Positions 1-12,879 of a stretch of 64,000 nucleotides of DNA are shown piece by piece. The stretch lies in the NCBI RefSeq assembly GCF_009914755.1, contig NC_060930.1. One strand, 5' to 3'. The notes under the pieces were generated by a model that worked only from the letters and a program-made list of their open reading frames with translations, searched no databases and was not told the DNA's origin. The stretch's first letter is position 1; each line of letters begins with the position of its first letter. Position numbers and translations under genes: made by a program. The stretch comes from the human T2T-CHM13v2.0 reference genome, Homo sapiens.

Positions 1-365
1 GGACAGAATTTCCCAGGGGTGTTATTTTAGCTAGACAGCAAATGCCTCCCATATGTAGTAACATTTAAGTAGAGATATAGATTAAGTGAAGGAGTGAGCC
101 AGGGTGAAATCAGAAAAAAGAACATTTCAATTCTTGCTTTGGGAGGAGCATGGTTTGTATGTTTGTAGAATTGCAGAGCGGTGATGTGGTTGGAGCACCA
201 TGACAGGAAAGTAAGAGAACCTGGCATCTGACAAGCTGTCAGGAACCAGGTGATGTAGGGTTTGTAGGCCTAGTAAAGACTTTGGACTTTATTCTCTATA
301 AAATGTGCATATACTGAAGGGTTTTGAGTTGATGAAGGACATGATCTTGTTTATGTTTTAAAAAA
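1..365 (-). mobile_element. L2 LINE fragment
   Basis: Purine-rich antisense L2 motifs such as gtaggcc..taaagactttggactttattct and gacatgatc..tatgttttaaaaa. Confidence 0.7.
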
Positions 366-374
366 TAGTGCAGG

Positions 375-2094
375 AAAACACCAGCAAGATGGGTGATTAG
401 AGATGCCTGGCATTTATCCTCCCAAAAACAAAGGACTAAGGCAACAAATACACAGCTAAGATTTGACTGGAGTGTTGAAAGGAGAGTACTGGAGTGCAGG
501 GGGTTAGTAGAGAGGTACCTATGGTGATTGGAGATCCAGAAGGAAAGTGTGAAGGTGCCTCACCTCTGCAGCCCCATCTCCCCAAGCCTGGATCAGACCT
601 GACTGGAGTAGGATGGATTCTTGTTGAGGGGAAAAGGTAGGCAGAAGAATTCCACAAGCCTCCATTGCCATCACAAACACCTGTAGTCCTTATAACAGGA
701 GACTCCCACAGTCTCCCAGGTTGGAGAACTTCCAGGTTTTCATGCCACTGCATTGCCCTGGATTGGGAGCACAGGGTGTGTACTCCTTACACCCTACCCA
801 CTCCCTGTGAGACAACTTGTTTCAGTATGGTGCCATCTTGAGAACAGAGCCACCTCTGGAGTGTGCCCTCCTCTGGAGGCCAGTGGCCACTGTAATTCCC
901 CAACATTGAGACTCCATTTTTGTTCCTGCAAGCCCATGTCAATGGCTGAACACCAAAACCCCAGTAGCATGGAACCTAAGCCCAGAATTGGTTGTGATGT
1001 TGGTCCTAGACAGGAGGGAAGCCAACTCCTGTTACCCTAACTTCCAGTCAGAGAAACAGTCTGGCAGTCCCACCAAGAACCTGCCCTTAAGCTGGTCAAA
1101 TTGCTGTGTACTCTTCCCACCAAGCGGCAGAGGCCTTCAAGCCCCCGAGCAGCTGACCTGCTCCCAGGCCAGTAAAGTGGCTACACACCTGCTTCCAGAA
1201 CCTAAGTAACAGCCCTGAGGGCTCCATCCCATGGCAGATGAGCCCTTGACCTGCCCAATGGCCCTGCACCTGCAGCCAGAGCCTGAGAAATACCTCCATG
1301 GGTTTCCTCTAGCATAAACGCCCCAGGCTGGATGAGCAGCTGTGTGCCCATGCCCCAGGACTGAGAGAGACCTCTGCAGGCTTCCCCTGGTGGGCAGACC
1401 CCCAGGCCAGCCAAGCAGCTGTCTACCCACTGATATGGTTTGGCTGTGTCTCCACCCAAATCTCAACTTGAATTTTATCTCCCAGAATTCCCACATGTTG
1501 TGGGAGGGACCCAGGGAGAGGTAATTGAATCATGGGTGCCAGTCTTTTCCTGTGCTATTCTTGTGATAGTGAATAAGTTTCACGAGATCTGATGGGTTTA
1601 TCAGGGATTTCTGCTTTTGCTTCTTCCTCATTTTTCTCTTGCTGATGCCATGTAAGAAGTACATTTGCCTCCCACCATAATTCTAAGGCCTCCCCAGCCA
1701 TGTGGAACTGTAAGTCCAATTGAACCTCTTTTTGTTCCCAGTTTTGGGTATGTCTTTATCAGCAGTGTGAAAATGAACGAATACACCCATGCTCCAAGCC
1801 CAAAAATGGTCCCATGGGCCACCCCCAACAGACATAACCCCAGGCCAGCCAAGCAGCTTTACACCTATATCCCACTCCTGAGAAACAGCCCTGCAGGCTG
1901 CCCCTGGCATACACACCCCTAAGTCAGCCAAGCAGTTTTGCGCCCACATCCCATGCTGGAGAAATAGCCCCACTGGGCCCCTCCCAGCAGACATGCACCT
2001 AGGCCAACTGAGAAGCTGTGTGGCCATATACCAGACCTGAGAAACAGCTCTGTCAGCTGCCCCTGTTGGCCAAAACCCCCCATGCCCCCAAGTT
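375..2094 (+). mobile_element. 5'UTR of an old L1 (L1M/L1P4-type) with ~65-bp tandem monomers, interrupted by THE1A
   Basis: Starts with YY1-like caagatgg; degenerate ccaggccagccaagcagct..ctgagaaacagccc monomers at ~1150-2094. Confidence 0.65.
1431..1785 (+). mobile_element. THE1A solo LTR (ERVL-MaLR)
   Basis: tgatatggtttggctgtgtc...aataca termini, THE1A-type interior, TSD cccac/cccat. Confidence 0.9.
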
Positions 2095-2475
2095 GGCCAA
2101 AACCCACCAAAACCAAGGTGGTGACAAGAAGTGATCTTTGGTCGTCCTCACTGCTCGTTATATGCTAATTATAACGCATAAGAATGCTAAAAGACACTCC
2201 TACAAGCGCCATGACACTTTACAGATGCCATGGCAACATCCAGAGGTTGCTCTATGTGGTCTAAAAAGGGGAGGAACTCTCAACTTTGGGAATTGCCCAC
2301 CCCTTTCCTGGAAAACTCGTGAATAATCCACCCCTTGTTTAGCATATAATCAAGAAATAACCATAAAATAGCCAACGAGCAGCCCATGCTGCTGCTCTGC
2401 TTATGGAGTAGTCATCATTTATTCCTTTAATGAACTTGCTTTCATGTAAGAAAAAAAAAAAAGAAAAGAAAGAAA
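2095..2475 (+). mobile_element. MER41(B-like) LTR fragment (U3-R), 5'-truncated, followed by an A-tract
   Basis: ggccaaaacccaccaaaaccaag..ggtcgtcctcactgctc..aaaaaggggaggaac..aataatccaccccttgtttagcatataatc; match ends at ~2444, then tgtaag and A-rich 2451-2475. Confidence 0.85.
2305..2313 (+). promoter_or_regulatory. GAS (STAT1) motif TTCCTGGAA within MER41
   Basis: Matches TTCN3GAA at the position of the known MER41 GAS pair; the upstream partner at 2284-2292 is degenerate (CTTTGGGAA). Function is not shown. Confidence 0.5.
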
Positions 2476-2880
2476 CCAGGAATAAAAAGTTAAACACTGC
2501 ATGTTCTCACTCATAGGCAGACACTAAAAAAAGTTGAAGTTATAAAAGTAAAAAGCAGAACAGAGGATACTAGAGGCCAGGAAAGGTAGAGAGAAATGGC
2601 GGATAAGGAGATATTTGTTAAAGAATACAACACTGTAGCTAGATAGGAGGAATAAGTTCTAAGGTTCCGTATCACTATAGCATGAGTGTAGTTAATAATA
2701 TATAATTTTTAATGGCTAGAAGGAAGACATTGAATGTTCCCAGCAAAAAGAAATAATAAATGTTCAAGATAATGAATATGTTAATTACCCCAATCTGATC
2801 ACTATACATCACGTGTGTTGAACATTACTATGTACCCCATTAATGTGTACAATTATTATTTGTCAATCCAAAAAATAAAT
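2476..2880 (+). mobile_element. L1MA4-like 3' end
   Basis: catgttctcactcata..agctagataggaggaataagttct..gtaccccattaatgtgtacaattatta and A-rich end. Confidence 0.75.
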
Positions 2881-2899
2881 ATTAGAAAAGCCAGAGGCA

Positions 2900-2972
2900 G
2901 TGGAGAAGGAAAAAGAAATCTGTAACTGGCTGTGAGCAATTAATTGTAAACACCACTGCACTTGGACCTACC
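2900..2972 (-). pseudogene. Y3 RNA (RNY3-derived) retropseudogene, 3'-truncated and tailless
   Basis: Reverse complement ggtaggtccaagtgcagtggtgtttacaattaattgctcacagccagttacagatttctttttccttctccac aligns to hY3 nt ~1-74. Confidence 0.88.
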
Positions 2973-3991
2973 CTAAAGGCATTTTAAAGGGAATGTTTTC
3001 AATATTTTCCAGTAGGATGGGGGCAGTCTGATCTCAGTGCCCCACTGTCTCCTGGCCTTTCCTGGGACCCCAGCCTTGCTATAGCCACTTGCGCACAGCC
3101 TTGAATGCCCAACCAAGGTGCTCCTGAGGCCATCATCATAGTTCCTTCACTGGGAGACTGTGCCTGACTATCAGCACCCCCTATCATGCAGACATGCAAC
3201 TACCCATCTGCAGCCTCTCTCCATTGCAGCCTTCCCCCCACCACTTTGCAGACGCACGCTCACCAACGCCTTTGTGCACTTGGCAGATGCACGCTCGTGC
3301 AGATGCAACGCAGCGTGCACTTTGCAGATGCACGCTCACCAACGCCTGCCCCATACACTGTTTTGCTGGAACACGCAGGTGGACTTTGCCTCGTCTTCTC
3401 CACCAGCATGCATGCACACACTACATTGCTCCACTGCCACTGACACAAATGTGCTTGTATGGATAATTCTGCCAAGCCCCCATGGGCATGCCACCCCACC
3501 AATATGTGGGCACCTTGCTGCACCGCTGTTGCCAGTGTGAGCATGTGCATGGATGCTGGCCTCCCACCCTCACCCATGGCCCACCCCTGCCAATGCACAT
3601 GTACCTCACCATGCCATGGCTCCTGCTGGTATGTAGATGCAGGCAAGGATCCCACTTCTATTGCCCCAATGAAGCACTGTGGTAGGCACTCCTCATTGGG
3701 TGTTGATGCCAGCAGACCAGGAACTCTTCAGCCCCAAAGTGCAGCAGGTTTCTAACCTCAAGGGGTCACAGAACAAAGCAATGGGCCCAGAAACAGCCCT
3801 TCAAGGCTACAGCACACAGCCCAGGAGTGATGAGCTGAGCCTTGGTCCCCTGAAATCTCCCAGAAACAAAACCAGTCAAGTGAGCCCACCTTATACGACA
3901 ATCAAACCCTCAAGGTATCAAATATTAAAGCAAAAAAACCTCATCCAAAGGACAGCAACTTCAAAGATTAAAGCAATATCAGCTCACACAG

Positions 3992-5000
3992 ATGAGAAAG
4001 AACCAGCACAAGAACTCTGACAACTCAAAAACCCAGAGTGCCTTCTTACCTCCAAATGAACACCCAAGTTTCCCAGCAATGGTTGTTAACCAAGCTGAAA
4101 TGGCTGAAATGACAGACATAGAGTTCAGAATATGGATAGAAATAAAGATCACCAAGATTCAGGAGAAAGTCGAAACCCAATCCAAGGAAACTAAGGAATC
4201 CAATAAAACAATAGAAAGAATGAAAGATGAAATAGCCATTTTAAGAAAGAACAAAACTGATTCAAGGAGGCTGAAAAACTCACTACAAGAATTTCATAAC
4301 ACAATTGCAAGTATTAACAGCAGATTGGACCAAAGTGAGGAAAGAATCTCAGAGATCAAAGACTGGTTCTTTGAATCAACACAGTCAAATGAAAATAAGG
4401 AAAAATAATAAAAAAGAATGAACAAAACCTCTGGGAAATATGGGATTATATGAGGAAAACAAGTCTATGATTCATTGGTGTCTCTGAAAAGGAAGGAGAG
4501 AAAGCAAGCAACTTGGAAAACATATTTGAGAATACTGTTCTATGAAAATTTCCCCAACATCACTAGAGAGGCCAACATTCAAATTCTGGAAATGTGAACA
4601 ACCCCTGTGAGATACTACAAAAAGATGGCCATCGCCATTACACATAATTATCAGATTCTCCAAGGTCAACAAGAAAGAAAAGGGGCAGGTTACCCACAAA
4701 GGGAACACAATTAAGCAAACAGTGCAACCTTTCAGCAGAAACCCTAAAAGCAAGAAGCAAATGGGGACCTATATTCAGTATTCTTAAGGAAGAGAAATTA
4801 CAACCAAGAATTTCATATCTAGCCAAACTAAGCTTCATAAGTGATAGAGAAATAAGATCCTTTTCAGACAAGCAAATGCTAAGGAAATGTGTTACCACCA
4901 GACCTGCCTTATAAGGTGTCTTTGCCTTATAAGGTATCTTTAAGGGAATGCTAAATATGGAAATGAAAGACTGTTACAGCCACCACCACACATAAAAAAA
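3992..5000 (+). pseudogene. L1 ORF1p remnant (open 3992-4408, then stops/frameshifts)
   Basis: ORF 3992..4408 has the ORF1p N-terminus and coiled coil; downstream DNA continues to match ORF1. Confidence 0.85.
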
Positions 5001-5086
5001 CCACTTAAGGACATAGACCATTGACACTGTGAAGCAACTACACAATCAAGTCTGCATAATAACCAGCTAACAACACACTGATAGGA

Positions 5087-5446
5087 TGTATTAGTCTGTT
5101 TTCATGCTGCTGATAAAGACATACCTGAGATTGGGCAATTTACAAAAGAAAGAGGTTTAATTGGACTTAGAATTCCACATGGCTGGAGAGGCCTCACAAT
5201 TACGGTGGAAGGCAAGAAGGAACAAGTCACATCTTATGTGGATGGCAGCAGGCAAAAAGAAAGAGAGCTTGTGCAGGGGAATTCCCCTTTTTTAAAACCA
5301 TCAGGTCTTGTGAGACTTATTCACTCTCATGAGAACTGCACAGGAAAGACTTGCCCCCATGATTCAATTACCTCCCACTGCATCCCTCCCACAACATGTG
5401 GGAATTCGAGATGAGATTTGGGTGGGAACACAGCCAAACCATATCA
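5087..5446 (-). mobile_element. THE1B solo LTR
   Basis: tgtattagtc...aaccatatca termini; TSD tagga/cagga. Confidence 0.9.
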
Positions 5447-6880
5447 CAGGATAACATCCACACATATCAATATTAACCTTGAACAACTATGGGCTTAAAT
5501 GCCCCACTTAAGGGCAGAGAGTGGCAAGTTGGATAAAGAAATAATACCCAGTATGCTGCATTCAAGAGATCCATCTCAAATGCAATGACAACCATAGGCT
5601 CAAAGTAAAAGGATGGAAAAAAAAATCTACCAAGCAAATGTAAAATAAACAACAACAAAAAAATCAGGGTTGCTACTCTAATTTCAGACAAAACAGACTC
5701 AAAACCAACAACTATAAAAAAAAAAGACAAAGAAGGCCACTTCACAGTGGTAAAAAGCTCAATTCAACAAGAAGACCTAACTATCCTAAATATATATGCA
5801 CCCAACACAGGAACATCCATATTCATAAAACAAGTTCTTAGAGATGTAGGCAGACACTTAGATAACCACACAATAATAGTGGGAGACTTCAATACTCCAC
5901 CGAGAGTATTAGAGAGATCACTGAGGCAGAAAACTAACAAAGATATTCAGGACCTAAACTCAGCACTGGACCAAATGGACCTCACAGACATCTATAGAAC
6001 TGTTCACCCAAAACCAACAGGATATACATTCTTCTCATCTGCACATGGCATATACTCTAAAATCAACTACACAATCAGCCATAAAACAATTCTCAGCACT
6101 TTCAAAGAAACCAAAACAATACCAGCCACACTCTTGGACCACAGCAAAACAAAAATAGGAATCAATACTAAGAAAATTGCTCAACACCATATCATTACAT
6201 GAATATTAAACAACCTGCTCATGAATGACTTTCGGGTAAACAATGAATTAAGGCAGAAATCAAGAAATTATTTGAAACTGATGAAAATGAAGTTACAACA
6301 TACCTGAATCTCTGGGACAGAGCTAACACAGTGTTAAAAGGGAAGTTTATAGCGCTAAATGCCCACATCAAAAATTAGATCTCAAATTAACAACCTAAAA
6401 TCACACCCAAGGAGCTAAAAAAATAGGACCAAACAAACCCAAAACCTAGCAGAAGACAAGAAATAATCCAAATCAAAGCTGAACTGAATGAAACTAAGAT
6501 GTGAGAAACCATACAAAAGACAAACATAACCAGAAGATAGTTTGTCAAAAGAATAAAAATATTTATAGATTTCTAGCTAGACTAATAAAAAAAAGAGAAG
6601 ATCCAAACAAACACAGTCAGAAATTGGACAAAGAGGATATTACCACCAACTCCACAGAAACACATAAAGCACTCAAGAACTATTATGAACACCTCTCTAC
6701 CCACAAACTAGACACCCTACAAGAAATGGATACATTCCTGGAAACATGCAACCTCCCAAGATTGAACCAGGAAAACACTGAAACCATGAACAGACCAACA
6801 ACATTCAAAAATTGAATCAGTAATAAAAATCCTAGCAATCAAGAAAGGCCTGGACCAGACTGATTCAGAGCTGACTTCTA

Positions 6881-7220
<340 letters not shown>

Positions 7221-8268
7221 ATAATTGTTAGTACCATTCCTACTGAAACTATTTTTAAAAATTGAGGAGGATGAACTCTTCACTAACCCATTTTACGAGG
7301 GAAGCATCATCTTGATACCAAAACCTGGTAGAGACACAACAAAAATCAGAAAACTTCAGGCCAATATTCTTGATGAACATGGATGCAAAACTTCTCAACA
7401 AAATAATGGCAAACTGAACTGAGTACCACATCAAAAAGCTAATTCACCACTATTGAGTAGGCTTTATTCGTGGGATGCATGGTTGGTTCAACATATACCA
7501 ATCACTAAATGTGATTCATCATATGAACAGAACTACAAACCGAAGATCATCTTAATAGATGCAGAAAAGCTTTTAATAAAATTCAGCATTATGTTATGTT
7601 AAAAAAAAAAACCCTCAACAAACTAGGCATTGAAGCAACTTACCTCAAAATAATAACAGCAAGCTATGACAAACTCACAGCCAACATGAAACCAAATGGG
7701 CAAAAGCTAGAATCATTCCCTGTGAGAATGGGAACAAGACAGTTATGCCCACTCTAACCACTCCTATTCAGAATAGCAATGGAAGTCCTAGACAGAGGAA
7801 TCAGGCAAGAGAAAAAAAAAGGCATCCAGATAGGAAGAGAGGAAGTCAACCTATCTCTGTTTGCAGATTATATGATTCTGTACCTAGAAAATCCCACAGT
7901 CTCTGTCCAAAAGCCCCTTGATCTGACAAACAACTTCAGCAAAGTTTCAGTATACAAAATCAATGTACAAAAATTAGTAGCATTTCTATACCTCAACAAA
8001 GTACAAGCTGAGAAAGCAATCCCATTCGCAATAGCCACACATGAAAATAAAATACCTAGGAACACAGCCAACCAAGGAGGAGAAAGATCTCCACAAATAG
8101 AATTACAAAACACTGCTGAAAGAAATCAGAGATGACACAAACAAATGGAAAAACATTGCACTCTCATGGATAAGAAGAATCAATATTGTTAAAATGGCCA
8201 TGCTGCCCAAAGCAATTTACAGATTTGTTGCTATTCCTATCAAGTTACCAATGACATTTTTTACAGAA

Positions 8269-10663
8269 TGTATTAGTCCATTCTCACACTGCTAATAAAA
8301 GCATACCCAAGACTGGGTAATTTATAAAGAAAAGAGGTTTAATTGATTCATAGTTCAGCATAGCTGGGGAGGCCTCAGGAAACTTACAATCATGGTGGAA
8401 GGGGAAGCAAACATATCCTTTTTCACAAAGTGACAGCAAGGAGAAGTGCCGAGTGAAGTGAGGGAAAAGCTCCTTATAAAGCCATCAGCTCTTATGAGAG
8501 CTCACTCACTATGATAAGAACAGCATAGAGATAACTGCCCTCATGAGTCAATGACCTCCTACCAGGTCCCTCCCACAATATGTGGGGATTATGGAAACTA
8601 TAATTCAAGATGAAATTTGAGTGGAGACACAGCCAAACTCTATCATTCTACCCCTGGCCCCCAAATCTTGTGTCCTCACATTTCAAAATACAATCATGCC
8701 TTTGTAACAGTCCCTCAAAGTCTTAACTCCTTCCAGCATTAACTCAAAATCCATGTCTAAAGTCTCATTTGAGAGAAGACAAGTCCCTTCCACCTCTGAG
8801 CCTATAAATTCAAAAACAAGGTAGTTACTTCCTAGATAAAATGTGGGTACAAGCACTGGATAAATATAGCCATTCCAAATGAGAGAAATTGGCCAAAACA
8901 AATGGGTCAGAGGCCCCATGAAAGTCGAAAATCCAACAGGGCAAGTCATTAAACCTTAAAGTTCCAAAATGATCTCCTTTGACTTCATGTCTCCTATCCA
9001 GGGCATGCTGATGCAAGAGGTGGGCTCCCACAGCCTTGGGCAGCTCCATCCCTGTGGCTCTGCAGAGTATAGCTCCCCTTCTGGCTGGTAGCTGGTGTTT
9101 CACAGGCTGGTGTTGAGTGTCTGTGGCTTTTCCAGGTGCATGGTACAAGGTGTCAGTGGATCTACCATTCTGGGGTCTAGAGGATGTTAGCCCTCTTCTC
9201 ACAGCTTTACTAGGCAGTGTCCCAGTGGGGACTCTGTGTGGGTACTCCAGACCCCACATTTCCCTTCTGCATTCCTGTAGCAGAGGTACTCCATGAGGGC
9301 TCTGCCCCTGCAGTGCAACATTCAGGTGTCTCTATACATCATCTGTAATCTAGGTGGAGGTTCCCAAACCTTGATTCTCATCTTCTGTGCATCCCCAGGA
9401 CCAACATCATGTGAAAGCCACCAAGGCTTGTGGCTTGTATCCTCTGAAGCCATAGCCTAAGCTGTACCTTGGCCCCTTTTAGCCACAACTGGAGCAGCTA
9501 GGACACAAGGCACCAAGTCTCCAGGCTGTACACAGCAGGGGGTCCTGGACCAGGCCCACAAAACCATTTTTTCCTCCTAGACCACTGGGCCTGTGATGGG
9601 AGAGGCTGCCATGAAGGCCTCTGACATGTCCTGGAGACATTTTCCCCATTGTCTTGGCGATTAACATATGGCTGCTCCTTAATTATGCAAATTTCTGTAG
9701 TTGGCTTGAATTTATTTTTCGAAAATAGATTGTTTTGTTTTGTTTCTATTGCATTGTCAGGCTGCAAATTTTCTGAACTTTTATGCCCTGCTTCACTTTT
9801 AAATATAAGTTCAAATTCCAAACCATATCTTTGTGAATACATAGATCTGAATGCTTTCAACAGCACCCATCACCTCTTGAATGCTTTGCTGCTTAGAAAT
9901 TTCTTCTGCCAGATATCCTAGATTATCTCTCTCAAGTTCAATGTTCCATAGATCTCTAGGGCAAGGGAAAAATGCCATGTCTCTTTGCTAAAACATAGCA
10001 AAAGTCACCTTTATTCAAGTTTCCAACAAATTCCTCATCTCCATCTGAGACCACCTCAGCCTGGGTTTCATTGTCCATATCACTATCAGCATTTAGTCCA
10101 AGCCATTCAATAAGTCTCTAGGGAGTTCCAAACTTTCCCATATCTTCCCGTTCTCTGAGCTTTCCAAGTCTCTAGGAAGTTCCAAACTTTCCTGTATCTT
10201 CCTATCTTCTTTTGAGCCTGTTACCCAGTTCCAAAGTCACTTCCACATTTTCAGGTATGCTTATAGCAGTAACCCACTCTACCAGTACCAATTTACCATA
10301 TTAGTCCATTTTCATACTGCTATGAAGAAATACCCAAGACTAGGTAATTTATAAAGAAAAAGAGGTTTAAGGGACTGACAGTTCCACATGGCTGGGGAGG
10401 CCTCAAAATCATGGCAGAATGTGAAGGAGGAGCAGAGGTACATCTTCCATGGTGGCAGGCAAGAGAGCATGTGCAGGGGCACTGCCCTTTATAAAACAAT
10501 CAGATCTCATGAAACTTGTTCACTATCATGAGAACAGCATGGGAAACACCTGCTCCCATGATTCAATTACCTCCTACCAGGTCCCTCCTATGATACATGG
10601 GCATTATGGAACTACAATTCAAGATGAGATTCTAGTGGGGACACAGCCAGCCAGACCATATCA
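8269..10663 (-). mobile_element. Full THE1 (MaLR) provirus: 3' LTR 8269-8645, internal 8646-10296, 5' LTR 10297-10663
   Basis: Two LTRs, PPT complement ttctacccctggcccc, internal start complement ctaccagtaccaatttac, perfect TSD cagaa (8264-8268, 10664-10668). Confidence 0.92.
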
Positions 10664-10681
10664 CAGAATTAGAAAAATCTA

Positions 10682-11458
<777 letters not shown>

Positions 11459-12879
11459 CTATGCAAAAAGATCAAAGCTGGAGGCATCACATTACCCAAT
11501 TCCAAACTGTATTACGAGGGTACAGTAACCAAAACAGAATGGAACTGGTACAAAAACAGGCACTTAGACCAATGGAACAGAGTAGAGAGCTCAGAAAAAA
11601 GGCAAGACACCTACAACTTTGACAAAGTCAACAAAAACAAGCAATGTGGAAAGGACTTCCTATTCAATAAAAGGTGTGGGAATAACTGGCTAGCCATGTA
11701 CAGAAGATTAAAAGTGGACCCTTTCCTTTCACCATATCCAAAAATCAACTCAAGATGGATTAAAGACTTAAATGTAAAACCTAAGACTATAAAAACCCTA
11801 GACAAAAACCTAGGAAATATTATTCTGGACACAGGCCCTGGCAAATATTTCATGACAAAGATGAGAAAGGCAATTGCAACAAAAACAAAAACTGACAAAT
11901 ATGACCTAATTAAAGTAAAGAGCTTCTGCATAGCAAAAGAAACTGTCAACAGAGTAAACAGACAATCTAGAATGGGAGAAAATATTTGTTAACTATGCAT
12001 CCTACAAAGGTCTAATATTAAGAATATTTAAGGAGCTTAAACAACAAATAAAAATCAAGAAACCCCATTAAAAAGTGGGCAAAGGACACAAACAGAAGCT
12101 TTTCAAAAGAAGACATACAAGCGGTCATCAAGCATATGAAAAAATGCACAACATCACTCATTATTAGAGAAATGCAAATCAAAATCACAATGAATATCAT
12201 CTCACACCAGTCAGAATGGCTATTATTAAAAAGTCAAAAAATAACCGATGCTATTTCAGCCAGTGTGGAAAACAGTTTGGCAATTTTTCAAAGAACTTAA
12301 AACGTAGCTACCATTTGACCCAGCAATCCCATTATTGTTTATATACCCAAAGGAATATAAATCATTCTACCATAGAGACACTCTCACATGTATGTTCATT
12401 GTGGCATATTCACAATAACAAAGAAATGGAATCAACATAAATTCCCATCAATAGACTGGATAAAGAATATGTGGTACATACACATCATGGAATACTGTGC
12501 AGCCATAAAAAGGAAAGTGCAGCAACACTGATGGAGCTGGAGGCTATTATCCTAAGTGAACTGGTGCAGGCACAAAAACACAAATACCACAAGTTCTCAC
12601 TTATAAGTAGGAGCTAAATAATGAGTACACAGGACACAAAGAAGGAAACAATAGATACTGGGGCCTACTTGTGGGTGGAGAGTGGGAGGAGGATGAGGAT
12701 TAAAAGCTACCTACTGCATACTATGTTTATCACCTGGGTGATGAAATAACCTGTACACCATGTCCCTGTAACACACAATTTACATATATGACAAACCTGC
12801 ACATGTACCCGTGAACCTAAAAGTCTAAAAATAAAATTCACCATTATTTATGGTGCTGTCTGTCTGTCTGTATATATAT

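Noticed and set aside
1150-2094. ~65-bp repeat array resembling a repeat-spacer system
   Set aside because: Degenerate head-to-tail monomers typical of old L1 5'UTRs; no unique spacers, no cas genes, eukaryotic context
436-3755. Many overlapping 60-130 aa ORFs
   Set aside because: GC-rich L1 5'UTR/LTR sequence gives stop-poor frames on both strands; no recognisable domains or exon structure
8825-9866. ORFs in the THE1 internal region
   Set aside because: Broken remnants of the MaLR internal sequence, not an intact gene
10112-10218. ~54-bp duplication aagtctctagg.agttccaaacttt in THE1-int
   Set aside because: As I recall, this is a recurring feature of THE1D-type internal sequences rather than locus-specific; not verified
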